A DNA stretch of 64,000 nt from Deltaproteobacteria bacterium. GTDB lineage: Bacteria > Myxococcota_A > Polyangia > Polyangiales > Houyiibacteriaceae. Location of the stretch: assembly GCA_034670305.1 (NCBI GenBank), contig JAXMNT010000023.1:32001-96000 (forward strand), read 5' to 3'. A program made the position numbers and the translations under genes. Positions 30,649 through 40,557 of the stretch are shown piece after piece (position 1 is the first letter of the stretch; the number at the start of each line of letters is the position of its first letter). The notes below the pieces were generated by a model. The model was not told where the DNA came from. It was given only the letters and a program-made list of their open reading frames with translations, and searched no databases.

Positions 30649-31883
30649 GGTCGATCGGTCGTCTCGTGCACGACGGGTTCGCGCGCAGAGGTTTCGTGCA
30701 CGACGGGGTCGCACGCAGCGCACGCGTGTCGCTCGGGTGGGCACTGCTCCTGTGCGCCGCATGTACGTGTGGGGGCGACCCGGAGGTCGACCCCACCGAA
30801 GACGACCGCGTCGAAGACCTGGAGGCGTGGACCGCGGCGGATCTGTTCCCCCTCGGCCTGGGCGATCGGTGGGGGTACCGACAGACCGGTGGGCCCGAAG
30901 AGACGTCCGTGCGCCGGAGCATCACCGGCATCGACGACGGGGTGGCGGTGCGGTTTGGATCCGACCACACCCAGGCGTCGCGGTTTCGCGCCGAGGTCGA
31001 TGGCAGCGTGCTCATGGTGTCGCCATCGGGAGAAGCGCTCGGCGTGTGGCTCGCCGCGCCGGTCGAGCTCGGCAGTCAGTGGACCTACGAACTCGGCGAC
31101 ACCTCGTGCCGGGTTCGCTACGCAGCGGTGGGAGAGACGTTCGAAGTGGCGGGGGTGCGGTTCGAGGGCTGCGTCGAAGTCGAGCGGGCGTGTCGTTTCC
31201 CCGAGGGCAAACCGATGCCGGTGGAGGCGATCGAAACCGTGCGTGAGTTGTATTGCGTCGGGGTCGGGCTCATGCGCGAGCGCAGCGAGTGGACACCGGC
31301 CGAGGAAGGGCACGCGGCTGCGCTGGAGGGTTTCGTGCCGACGGCCCTGACGCTCGACTACTACCGAGTCGCAGGTGCGCCGGCGCCGCCCTTGCCGGAG
31401 ACGCTCGCCTGCGAAGACATCCTGCTGCTCGAGAGCGACGTGCGGGCCGCCTGCGGCGCGTCGTTCCACGAGACGCAACGAGCCCGCGTCGATGGGGCTT
31501 GCCGATTCCGTTTCGAGGCCGGGCCCGATGCGGCGGTGTTGGCGGATCAGACCGCGGTCGACATCGAGGTCCGACAAGCGGACGTGCCGTACGGGGAAGC
31601 CGCGCTCGACGCACTCATCGGCGATGGCCGCCGGATCGAGACCCGGGGTCAAGTGCGCGTGGCGTCGGCCGAGGTCGCCACCGGTGCGTTCGTCGAACCT
31701 ACGCCGCCCGGTCCCGAAGCCGCGGCCGACCGGATCGAGTACCGCAATCAGGAGACGGCCCCGCTCGCATTCGCGTTCGCAGAAGGCAAGATCGCCGTCG
31801 TCGTTCGGGTCGAGAACCAAGGCTGCAGCTTCGACCACGTCCGCCGCCTCGAAGGCCTCTTCCGCTCGTTGTTCCGCCAATAG
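30645..31883 (+). CDS. Hypothetical exported/lipoprotein
   Basis: GTGA overlap with the S9 gene; hydrophobic segment ending AACTC; FPLGLGDRWGY motif; start uncertain. Confidence 0.6.
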   Translation: MRSIGRLVHDGFARRGFVHDGVARSARVSLGWALLLCAACTCGGDPEVDPTEDDRVEDLEAWTAADLFPLGLGDRWGYRQTGGPEETSVRRSITGIDDGVAVRFGSDHTQASRFRAEVDGSVLMVSPSGEALGVWLAAPVELGSQWTYELGDTSCRVRYAAVGETFEVAGVRFEGCVEVERACRFPEGKPMPVEAIETVRELYCVGVGLMRERSEWTPAEEGHAAALEGFVPTALTLDYYRVAGAPAPPLPETLACEDILLLESDVRAACGASFHETQRARVDGACRFRFEAGPDAAVLADQTAVDIEVRQADVPYGEAALDALIGDGRRIETRGQVRVASAEVATGAFVEPTPPGPEAAADRIEYRNQETAPLAFAFAEGKIAVVVRVENQGCSFDHVRRLEGLFRSLFRQ

Positions 31884-32155
31884 CGCGACGCGTTCGCTGC
31901 CCGCTTGGCGAAGAACTCGTCGGAACGCGCCTGAATCGCAGCGGGCCTCCGCGAGCGCCGGACTGGTTCGGCGATCGCCGAAGCCGAACCCCGAGGGGGC
32001 ACGGGCAAGGGCACGGGCACGGGCAGCTGAGATGGGCATCGCTGGGCGTGGTTCGAAATGAATAAGTCCGGCAGGTGGTGCGTCCGGCGATGTCTCGCCG
32101 TATCCTCGCGTTTCACCGACGGTCCGCCGTCCCTGCTCCTGCCAGAGAGAACATC

Positions 32156-33298
32156 ATGACGAAGTCCGTCGTCTTCACGGCCGTGCTGGCCGCCCTCGCC
32201 CTTCCCTCGTTTGCCTCCGCTCAGCTCCAGATCGGCGGGCAACAGTCGAACTACGGCGGGACCTACATGCAGCGCGGCACCCCCGATCCAATGGTCGTGG
32301 CGGTGGTCTCCGGGGGCGCGATCAACGCGTCCAACGCAGTGCGCGTCTCCGGCTGTCGCGGGTTCGTCAGCCGGGCGCCGGACCACATCGTGACGTTGCC
32401 GAACCCGCGGCGGTTCCTCCGCTTCTTCGCCGAGTCGGCGGGCGACACCACGCTCATCATCAACGACCCGAACGGCAACTGGTATTGCAACGACGACGCG
32501 GTCGGACGAAACCCGATGATCGACTTTCGCCGCGCGCCGGCCGGCCAGTACGACGTCTGGGTGGGCAGCTACAGCCCGCGCCAGAACCAGCACGCGAACC
32601 TGGTGGTGACCCAGCGGCGCAACGTGCAGCCCGGCCAACAGCAGGTCGCGGTCCAGCAGCGGCCCCCGCAGTACCAGCAACCCCCGCAGTACCCGCAGGG
32701 CAATGTGCAGGTCACGGTGCAAGGCCAGGGCGGCTACGTGCAGGGTGGGGTGGCAGTCCAGCCCCAGTACGGACAGCCCCAGTACGGGCAGCCCCAGTAC
32801 GGGCAGCCCCAGTACGGGCAGCCCCAGTACGGGCAGCCCCAACCCCAGTACGGCGGCTACGACTTCCACGGGCAGTTCGAACAGACCCCGGTCAACTTCA
32901 GCGGCGCCACCATCGACGCCGTCTACCAGCAGTGCATCCAGTTCACCGCCTCGGCGCGTCTGACGATGGTCGACGACGTGGTCGTCAACGGCGTCGCGGC
33001 CCGCAACGGCCCCGGCTACTGGGACAACGCCGCCCTCTGCGCGATCGTGGCGCTCAACGTCACGCCGCGTGGACAGACGCACGCCCACGTGAGTGGAAGC
33101 GTGGAGGGCCTGCCCTTCAACGTGGCGGGCGACATGCATACCGTGCAGCGCATCCTGACGACCTTCCTGCCCATCGCCGTCGCACACGACAACACGATCG
33201 ACGACATCGTCATCAACGGTCAGGCGTTCCACAATGGGCCGGGCTACTGGACCGGCGCAGACGTGGCCGCGATGGCCGCCGCCCAGATTCACCACTAG
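32156..33298 (+). CDS. Secreted protein with PQYGQ tandem repeats and a duplicated C-terminal module
   Basis: Signal peptide; DTTLIINDPNGNWYCNDD...GQYDVWVGSY; (PQYGQ)x5; two NGPGYW modules. Confidence 0.75.
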   Translation: MTKSVVFTAVLAALALPSFASAQLQIGGQQSNYGGTYMQRGTPDPMVVAVVSGGAINASNAVRVSGCRGFVSRAPDHIVTLPNPRRFLRFFAESAGDTTLIINDPNGNWYCNDDAVGRNPMIDFRRAPAGQYDVWVGSYSPRQNQHANLVVTQRRNVQPGQQQVAVQQRPPQYQQPPQYPQGNVQVTVQGQGGYVQGGVAVQPQYGQPQYGQPQYGQPQYGQPQYGQPQPQYGGYDFHGQFEQTPVNFSGATIDAVYQQCIQFTASARLTMVDDVVVNGVAARNGPGYWDNAALCAIVALNVTPRGQTHAHVSGSVEGLPFNVAGDMHTVQRILTTFLPIAVAHDNTIDDIVINGQAFHNGPGYWTGADVAAMAAAQIHH

Positions 33299-33405
33299 CC
33301 GAACCGCTGAGCCGGCCCACGGTGGTCGGCCCACGACACTTCTTTTTCGACCGACCTGTCGAGAACCGGCCCTGCCGTTCGACTCCTCTGTGAAATGGAG
33401 GCGTC

Positions 33406-33852
33406 ATGGACGTTCACAACCCGGTATTTCAGCTCTACATCGGCTCGGTTCTGCTGCTCGGACTCAACCTGCTCTGGCTCGCGGTCGGCACTGCCGCGTC
33501 CCGCGCCACGCGCGACGAAGCGGTGAACCCGGAGGATGTCCGGATGAACAGCAAAGCCAGCATCGTGTTCCTCGCAGGCAACGAAGTCACCCAGCGCTAC
33601 CGCCGGGCGCACTTCAACGCGCTCGAGAACAACCTGCTCTTCTTGGTCACCGCGTTCCTGCTGACCTTGACGCCCGTCGGCACGACCGCCGTCGCGGTGC
33701 TCTTCGGCATCTTCGTCGGGTTCCGCTGGCTGCACAGCATCGCGTACGTCCGGTCCGTTCAGCCCCTGCGGACCGTGAGCTTCGCCATCGCGTTCTTCTC
33801 ACAGGTCGGCGTGCTTGGCCTGCTCGGCTACAGCGTCTTCGCGGGGGCGTAG
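33406..33852 (+). CDS. MAPEG family membrane protein
   Basis: NPED, RYRRAHFNALEN and RWLHSIAY; GGAGG RBS. Confidence 0.88.
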   Translation: MDVHNPVFQLYIGSVLLLGLNLLWLAVGTAASRATRDEAVNPEDVRMNSKASIVFLAGNEVTQRYRRAHFNALENNLLFLVTAFLLTLTPVGTTAVAVLFGIFVGFRWLHSIAYVRSVQPLRTVSFAIAFFSQVGVLGLLGYSVFAGA

Positions 33853-33855
33853 CGG

Positions 33856-34758
33856 CTACGAGAGATAACGTTCGCCGCCGTCGCAGAGGATCGTGACCAC
33901 ACGGCCTCCGTCGAGCCGGCGGGCGACCTCGAGGGCGGCATGCACGTTGGCCCCACTCGACGGACCGACGAGCAGCCCTTCTTCGCGCGCGAGTCGCCGC
34001 ATCATCTTGTCGGCGGCCAGGTCGGTCACGGTGACGACGTCGTCGACGAGATCGAGGTCGAGCACGGGCGGCACGAAGCCGGCACCGAGACCCTGGATGC
34101 CATGCAGTCCCGGGTTGCCGCCGCTCAGCACGGCGCTCGCCCGCGGCTCGACCGCCACGATGCGCACCGCGGGAAGCCGCGCCTTGAGCACCTTGGCGAC
34201 GCCGCTGATCGTGCCGCCGGTACCCACCCCGGCGACAAACGCGCTGATCTCGCCCCCGGTCGCTTCCCAGATCTCTTCGGCGGTGCCTTCTTCGTGGGCA
34301 CGCGGGTTGGCGGCGTTCTCGAACTGCGCGGGCATGAAGGCGCCGCGCTTCTTCACGATCGCCTCGGCGGTCTCCACCGCGCCGGCCATGCCTTCTTTGG
34401 CATCGGTCAGGACGACTTCGGCGCCGTAGCTCTTGAGCATGTCGCGCCGTGCCTGGCTCATGTCCTCGGGCATGACGATGACGCAGGTGTACCCGCGCAC
34501 TGCGCAGATCATCGCGAGGCTGATGCCGGTGTTGCCGCTCGTGGCCTCCACCACCGTCGCGCCCTCTTTCAAATGCCCTGCGGCTTCCGCCGCGAGGATC
34601 ATGGCGAGCGCGGGGCGGTCTTTCACCGAACCGGCGGGGTTGCGGGCTTCGAACTTGGCGAGCACGTCGGCGCCGCCCTTGGGCGAGAGTTTGGGGAGCC
34701 GGAGAAGGGGTGTTCCACCGACCAGATCGAGCACGCCCTCATGAATTCGATGGGTCAC
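33856..34758 (-). CDS. cysK: Cysteine synthase A
   Basis: NPAGSVKDR (PLP lysine), TSGNTG, GVGTGGT and IQGLG. Confidence 0.93.
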   Translation of the reverse strand: MTHRIHEGVLDLVGGTPLLRLPKLSPKGGADVLAKFEARNPAGSVKDRPALAMILAAEAAGHLKEGATVVEATSGNTGISLAMICAVRGYTCVIVMPEDMSQARRDMLKSYGAEVVLTDAKEGMAGAVETAEAIVKKRGAFMPAQFENAANPRAHEEGTAEEIWEATGGEISAFVAGVGTGGTISGVAKVLKARLPAVRIVAVEPRASAVLSGGNPGLHGIQGLGAGFVPPVLDLDLVDDVVTVTDLAADKMMRRLAREEGLLVGPSSGANVHAALEVARRLDGGRVVTILCDGGERYLS

Positions 34759-34869
34759 GCCCGGAGCATAGGGCAAACCGGCACGGCGGCCTCATCGATT
34801 TCGTTTGGGGGCACGGCCCCAAACCTGGTGCACCCGAACGCGCCTCGGTCCGCTTCGTCGCTCTACTCG

Positions 34870-35721
34870 TCAGGGCTGGGCCGGCAAACCACACCACTCG
34901 AGGCTGCGTTGCCAGAGCTCGTCCGCCAACGCCGGGTCGAGTGCCTGCGGCGACGGTTCCATCGTCTTGCATTTGTCGTAGTAGAGCCCCGACTCGGCGC
35001 CCGCTTGGGCGTCGGTCGCGCAGTGCAGCGTGGTCTTGGCTCCGTCTTCGTTGCTGATCATGAACAGCTTCATGATCGAACGGAACGGCCACGGCACGTG
35101 CCGCCAGACATCGCTCGCGACGACCCCGGGGTGCAGCGCGTAGGTGGTCACGCCGCTGCCTTCGAGCAGCCGCGAGAGCTTCTTGGCGTGCAGCACGTTG
35201 CTCAGCTTGCTCACGGCGTACTCCGGCAGCCCGGTGGTGCTGGCGGTCTTCTGCTGGAGCTTGTCGAACTCGATGCCCTTGGCCTGGTAGTGCGCCTTGC
35301 TCGCGACGATCACGATGCGCGCGGGGGCCGACTCCACGAGTCGCGGTCGCAGCAGCTCGGTGAACAGGAAGTGCGCGAGGTGGTTCACGCCGAACGCGAT
35401 CTCGAACCCGTCGGAGGTGCGGTCGCGGGTGCCTGCCAGACCGGCGTTGTTCACCAGCACGTGGATCTTCGGTTCTTCCGCCAAGAGGGTCTCGGCGCTC
35501 TCGCGGACAGCGGCCAGCGAGCCCAGGTCGAGCTTGTGGAACGACACGTCTGCGTCCGGAACCGCGGCGCGGATCTCCTCCGCGGCCGCATCGGCCTTGT
35601 CCTGTGACCGGCACGCCAGCCGGACCCGAGCGCCTTGGCTGGCCAGCACCTGGGCGGTGACCTTGCCGATCCCTGTGTTCGCGCCGGTGACGACGCACGT
35701 CTTTCCCCTCATCGATTCCAT
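34870..35721 (-). CDS. Short-chain dehydrogenase/reductase (retinol dehydrogenase-like)
   Basis: TGANTGIG, NNAG, YAVSK and LHPG. Confidence 0.9.
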   Translation of the reverse strand: MESMRGKTCVVTGANTGIGKVTAQVLASQGARVRLACRSQDKADAAAEEIRAAVPDADVSFHKLDLGSLAAVRESAETLLAEEPKIHVLVNNAGLAGTRDRTSDGFEIAFGVNHLAHFLFTELLRPRLVESAPARIVIVASKAHYQAKGIEFDKLQQKTASTTGLPEYAVSKLSNVLHAKKLSRLLEGSGVTTYALHPGVVASDVWRHVPWPFRSIMKLFMISNEDGAKTTLHCATDAQAGAESGLYYDKCKTMEPSPQALDPALADELWQRSLEWCGLPAQP

Positions 35722-35923
35722 GGTGCCCTCTGTCGCGGAAGTCGGCGGAGCGTAACGGTCAACCGCCGATCGCGCGCGCTCTCAATGCATTCAGGTGTTG
35801 GCGCTGTCGAAAACCCAGCGTTTGCCCGCCCCATGCGCGCGCGTCGGTCAAAATGAGGGTCGGTCCTGTCGAAACGCAGGGGTCGGCTTGAATGAACCCC
35901 CCCTTTCGTGTCGTCCTAGCCCC

Positions 35924-37333
35924 ATGGACACCCCACGCCGCACCCATCGCCGGATTCATGGACTCACGCTCTGCGCCGCCAGCCTCGTGCTGGGGGCCTG
36001 TGGCGGCGACGAATCGGAGTCCCCCGCCGAGGGGCTGCTCACGGAGGTCTCCCGGGCCGCCAACGCGTTCGTGGCGGGTCGCATCGGTGGCACGGTCGCG
36101 GCTGCGAACGATGTGACCGTCGAGGTGCTGCCCCACCGCAACGGCGACATCGAAGCGGTCTTCGTCGACGCGAACGGCGGGCTCGTGTCCGATGCCCAGC
36201 AGGTCGAGGTCGAGGTGATGGGCGAGGACGGACAGCCTCAGACCGTCACCCTGACGTGGGACCGGGCCACCAGCCGCTACCTCGGCAAAGCGCCAGGCAA
36301 ACTCGCGGCCGACACCTCGGCGACCGTCCGGTTCTCCAAGCAGAACACGCCCCACACCGCGCAGATCGCGCGCGTGCACACCGCGCCCTCGGCCGCGTCC
36401 CACGGCGGCACGATCGTCGTTGCGGCGGACCACTCCGCCGAGGTCGCGCCCCAGCCGGACGGCTCGGTGCACGCCTGGATCGAAGGGCCGGAGGGCGACG
36501 TCGAGGGTCAGCTGGACGGCGACGTGCGGGTCTCGGTGCAAGGCGCGGACGGCGCGGCCCACACGGTGTCGTTGCGATGGGATGCGGAACTCGGCGCCCA
36601 CGTGGGCCGGCCCGACACCCAGGTGACCTGGGCGCCGGGTCCGCTCGCGATCGAAGTGGACGCCGGCGGTCAGGTGGCCCGCTCGCGCGTCGAACGCGTA
36701 ATCGTCGCCGGCGCGCCTGCCCACGGCGGAGACGTCGTCGTGGTCGGCGACTACCGGGTCGAGGTCGTGCCCCAAGAAGACGGACGCATTCTCGCGTACG
36801 CCGTCGACGTGGAGGGCAATCCGGTGGAGCGCCGCACCACCTTGCACGTGCAGCTCGGTGCCGATCGGGTCGAACATCGACTTCGCTGGGATGGCGATGT
36901 CGGCGCCTACGTCGTTCGGGTCGACCCCACCATCGACGTGTCGGTGGCGCCGATCGGCGTCGTGGTCAGTCACCAGGGACGGCGCCACCGCGGCGGCATC
37001 TCGGTCCGTCACGGCCACGTGCGCGGCTGGCACCACCGCCGAGTCGAGGCGCGCGTGCACCTGCCAGAGGCGCAGGTTCGTGTGGACGGGCATCCAGGCT
37101 TGATGCTCGGCCACGGCATGCGGGGCGGGCTCCGCATCGAAGGACCGGCTGTCCGAGTTCGTGGTCCCGGCCACAGCATCATGGTGAACACCGGTGGCCA
37201 CTCGGTGATGGTGCGCGCGGGGCGTCCTGGCGGTTCGGTGCGGGTGCGGGCGGGCTCCCGAGGTCATTCGGTCATGGCCCGGAGCCGCGGCGGCATGGGC
37301 ATGGGCATGGCCAGCGTCATGATCCGGTTCTGA
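35924..37333 (+). CDS. Hypothetical lipoprotein with three repeated beta-rich modules and an Arg/His/Gly/Met-rich tail
   Basis: Lipobox LGAC; repeated (H)GGxV...EV...DG...LxWD...Y/H units. Confidence 0.7.
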   Translation: MDTPRRTHRRIHGLTLCAASLVLGACGGDESESPAEGLLTEVSRAANAFVAGRIGGTVAAANDVTVEVLPHRNGDIEAVFVDANGGLVSDAQQVEVEVMGEDGQPQTVTLTWDRATSRYLGKAPGKLAADTSATVRFSKQNTPHTAQIARVHTAPSAASHGGTIVVAADHSAEVAPQPDGSVHAWIEGPEGDVEGQLDGDVRVSVQGADGAAHTVSLRWDAELGAHVGRPDTQVTWAPGPLAIEVDAGGQVARSRVERVIVAGAPAHGGDVVVVGDYRVEVVPQEDGRILAYAVDVEGNPVERRTTLHVQLGADRVEHRLRWDGDVGAYVVRVDPTIDVSVAPIGVVVSHQGRRHRGGISVRHGHVRGWHHRRVEARVHLPEAQVRVDGHPGLMLGHGMRGGLRIEGPAVRVRGPGHSIMVNTGGHSVMVRAGRPGGSVRVRAGSRGHSVMARSRGGMGMGMASVMIRF

Positions 37334-37500
37334 GAGGAAGGCGGAGGCTCGAATCGTGCGATTCCCCGGTGCGCGCTGAACCTCGGTTGAATGTGGCGGG
37401 GCTCCGTTCGTCCGACCTCTGTCTCACGCGGGTTCTGACCGTCGTCGTCTGCTGTGGCGGCCGTCGGGCGGTCTGGCGACGGGCGTGGTAAGAGGGCACC

Positions 37501-38505
37501 TTGCGCGTTTTCATCACCGGCATTGCAGGCTTCCTGGGAAGCCACGTCGCAGAAGATCTTCTGTCGCGCGGGCACGAGGTGTCGGGCAACGACCACTTCA
37601 AGGGCGGCTACGCGGACAACGTTCCGAGCGGCGCCACCTGCCACGAAGCCGACTGCTGCGACTTCGATCGAATGCGCGCGTTGCTCGAAGGCGTCGACGT
37701 CGTGGTGCACGCCGCCGCCGCCGCCTACGAAGGGTTCAGCGTCTTCAGCCCCGCGCTCGTCACTCGAGACAACAGCCAGGCGTCCGCCACCGTCTTCAGT
37801 GCCGCCGCCGCAACCGGCGTCCAGCGGGTCGTGTTCTGTTCTTCGATGTCTCGCTACGGCGACAGCGAGGTACCGTTCCACGAGAAGCAGCCAGTCCGGC
37901 CGTGCGATCCCTACGCGATCTCCAAGGTCGCCTCGGAGCAGTTGCTCACGCACCTCGCGGGCGTGCACGGGTTCGAACACGCAATCGCCATCCCCCACAA
38001 CATCATCGGCGCGCGCCAGAAGTACGACGACCCGTACCGCAACGTCGCCAGCATCATGGCCAACCTGATGCTCCAGGACCGGCAGCCGATCATCTACGGC
38101 GACGGCGAACAGATGCGCTGCTTCAGTCCCGTGCAGGACGTGGTCGGTTGCCTGACCCGCCTGGTGCTCGATCCCGACGTCGATGGACTGGTGGTCAACG
38201 TCGGGCCGGACGACGGGTTCATCACCATCAACGCGCTGGCGAAAGAAGTCGCGGCCGTGGTGGGCTTCGATGGACTCGACCCCCTCTACGTCGACCCGCG
38301 TCCGTGCGAAGTGAAACTTGCGACGTGCAGTTCCGACCTCGCCCGGACCCGTCTCGGCTTCGAACCGACCCGCACGCTCCGCGATGGGCTCGAAGACATC
38401 GTCGCGTACATCCGCCGGCGGGGGCCGCGTCCGTTCGAGTACCACCTGCCGCTCGAGATCGTGACCGACGCGACCCCGAAGACCTGGAAAGACCGCCTGT
38501 TCTGA
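37501..38505 (+). CDS. NAD-dependent epimerase/dehydratase
   Basis: TGIAGFLG, SSMSRYG and YAISK; TTG start. Confidence 0.9.
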   Translation: MRVFITGIAGFLGSHVAEDLLSRGHEVSGNDHFKGGYADNVPSGATCHEADCCDFDRMRALLEGVDVVVHAAAAAYEGFSVFSPALVTRDNSQASATVFSAAAATGVQRVVFCSSMSRYGDSEVPFHEKQPVRPCDPYAISKVASEQLLTHLAGVHGFEHAIAIPHNIIGARQKYDDPYRNVASIMANLMLQDRQPIIYGDGEQMRCFSPVQDVVGCLTRLVLDPDVDGLVVNVGPDDGFITINALAKEVAAVVGFDGLDPLYVDPRPCEVKLATCSSDLARTRLGFEPTRTLRDGLEDIVAYIRRRGPRPFEYHLPLEIVTDATPKTWKDRLF

Positions 38506-38538
38506 CGCGGTAGGACGGGTCCCGGTAGACTGGGCGCG

Positions 38539-39072
38539 GTGGAACGCTCCACGAAAGCTGCGCTCGAACGGCGCCTCGCTGGGTTCGTCGCAACCTGCGG
38601 CGTGCTGCTCGCCGCGAACTACCTGCTCCCGTACGCGGGGCTCCGCGACGACAGCTGCCAGACGATGTTCTCGGAGCTGCAGTGGTCGCGCGAGGGGAAC
38701 AACCACGCCTTCATGCCGCAGCACATGATCGGCGACTCGTGGGACTTCTTCTACGACGTCCACCTCGAGTGGGAGGACGACCCGGCGGTGTTCCGACAAG
38801 AAGCCCCCGAAGAAGAGGCGCGCCACGAAGCCCTGCGCGCGTGGATGCATCGACCCGAACGACGCCACAACCGCGACGCCCTGCGCCTGGTCGTGGATCG
38901 ACTCTGTCGCGACGGCCGCCGCTTCTCCCTTCGGTTTCGCTCGGCCCACGACGGACCTGTCGTCGCTCCGGACGAAGTGTGCGCCGACCCATCTCTTCGG
39001 CGCGTTCGGTGGTGGATCCCCGTGCGCCGCTTCGAGACCGACGAACCCCTGCCGCCGTGGATGCGGCCATGA
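38539..39072 (+). CDS. Hypothetical membrane-anchored protein (resembles the C-terminal part of HTTM-like proteins)
   Basis: One TM segment followed by PYAGLRDDSCQTMFSEL...NNH. Confidence 0.6.
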   Translation: MERSTKAALERRLAGFVATCGVLLAANYLLPYAGLRDDSCQTMFSELQWSREGNNHAFMPQHMIGDSWDFFYDVHLEWEDDPAVFRQEAPEEEARHEALRAWMHRPERRHNRDALRLVVDRLCRDGRRFSLRFRSAHDGPVVAPDEVCADPSLRRVRWWIPVRRFETDEPLPPWMRP

Positions 39073-40115
39073 GCAGCGCCCGCACGTTGCCGCTGCGCGA
39101 TCCGCGCCTCGTCGCGATCGCGGCCCTGCTGCCGGTCGGGTTTGTCGGCCACACCATCCAGCTTCTGTCCGAGGACCGTCCTTGGGATCCCGCGCAGTGG
39201 CCGCGGTACGACTGGACACCCGGCTGGCACCTCGCGCTGCCTCCATGGCTGGTGGTCGCGTTTGCGGTCGGGCTCGGGGTGGCGGTGCTGGGGCTCGCCG
39301 TGGCTGTCTTCCGACGCGGCGACCCGCATCCGGCGCGCCTCAGCGATCGAACCTGGTTGCTCGCGACCGCGACGTTCTACTTCCTGCACTACCTGACGTA
39401 CCCGTTTCGGATTCGAAACCACATGACGTTGATGTTCGCGATGCTCTTCGTGATCGCGGGCTGTCACGTCGTCGCGGGGCGGAGGTCGCGCACCGAGGAG
39501 CCCCGGACTCGGGTGCTCGATCGATGGATCGTGCGCGGCGTCGCGCTCGTGCTCGCGTTGACCTACACGTTCGCGGCGCTCCACAAGACGAACGTTCGGT
39601 TCCTCGATCTCACGCTGCCGACGGCGGCGCTGCGCGCGGTCGACGACTTCTGGATCTACGGCGACCTCGGTCACGCGGCGCCGCCCTGGGCCAAAGCGGT
39701 GGCGATCTACGGAACGCTGGTCGTCGAGTACTCCTTTGTCTGGTTGGCGTGGGCGTTCACCCGAACGCGCGTCTTCTTCGTCGTCGGATTGATGCTGTTT
39801 CATTTTCCGCACATCGCTGTGATGAACGTCGCGGACTACCCGATGATCGCGAGCGCGTTCTTTCCGGCGCTCTTCAGCGAAGCGCATTGGCGGGTCCTGC
39901 AACGCCAACTCCCACCGTCGTTGTGGACGACGACCGGCGCAGCGGTTGGGGTCGGGGCGCAGCTGTGGTGGATGCCGTACTGGGGCGCGATGATGGTGTA
40001 CGCCTTTGTGGTGGTCGCACTCTGGGGCGCGTGGATCGGCGCGATGGCGGCGAGCTTCTACATGCGCTTTCGACCCTCGGCGCCCGCCCCTGCGACAGGT
40101 GTCACACCCGTCTGA
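39069..40115 (+). CDS. HTTM-like multi-pass membrane protein
   Basis: IRNH, YTFAALHK, VVE and LMLFH motifs; ATGA overlap. Confidence 0.65.
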   Translation: MSSARTLPLRDPRLVAIAALLPVGFVGHTIQLLSEDRPWDPAQWPRYDWTPGWHLALPPWLVVAFAVGLGVAVLGLAVAVFRRGDPHPARLSDRTWLLATATFYFLHYLTYPFRIRNHMTLMFAMLFVIAGCHVVAGRRSRTEEPRTRVLDRWIVRGVALVLALTYTFAALHKTNVRFLDLTLPTAALRAVDDFWIYGDLGHAAPPWAKAVAIYGTLVVEYSFVWLAWAFTRTRVFFVVGLMLFHFPHIAVMNVADYPMIASAFFPALFSEAHWRVLQRQLPPSLWTTTGAAVGVGAQLWWMPYWGAMMVYAFVVVALWGAWIGAMAASFYMRFRPSAPAPATGVTPV

Positions 40116-40150
40116 TAGAGCTTCGCGCCAACCAACTCAGGAGGTTCACG

Positions 40151-40522
40151 ATGAGTGCGAAGGAAGTCGGAGAGAAGATGGTGGCGTTCTGTAAGAAGGG
40201 CGCCAACCTGGACTCGATCAACACGCTCTACCACGACGAGGTCGAGAGCATCGAAGCAGCCGAGGCACCGGGCATGGAGCGCCACACGAAGGGCATCGAC
40301 GGAGTGCGCAAGAAGAACCAGTGGTGGATGGACAACCACGAGGTGCACGAGTCCGAGATCGAAGGCCCGTTTCCGCATGGCGACGACCGCTTCTGCGTGA
40401 TCTTCCGGTACGACGTGACCCACAAACCGAGCAGCGAGCGCTGGAAGATGGAGGAGGTGGGTCTCTTCACGTTGAAAGACGACAAGGTGATCAAGGAAGA
40501 GTTCTTCTACGCGATGGGATGA
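40151..40522 (+). CDS. SnoaL/NTF2-like domain protein
   Basis: AGGAGG RBS; LYHDEVESIE and MEEVGLFTLKDDKVIKEEFFY. Confidence 0.85.
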   Translation: MSAKEVGEKMVAFCKKGANLDSINTLYHDEVESIEAAEAPGMERHTKGIDGVRKKNQWWMDNHEVHESEIEGPFPHGDDRFCVIFRYDVTHKPSSERWKMEEVGLFTLKDDKVIKEEFFYAMG

Positions 40523-40557
40523 ACGCTTCTTGTCTTGCACCTCGGGGGAAAGCGCCG

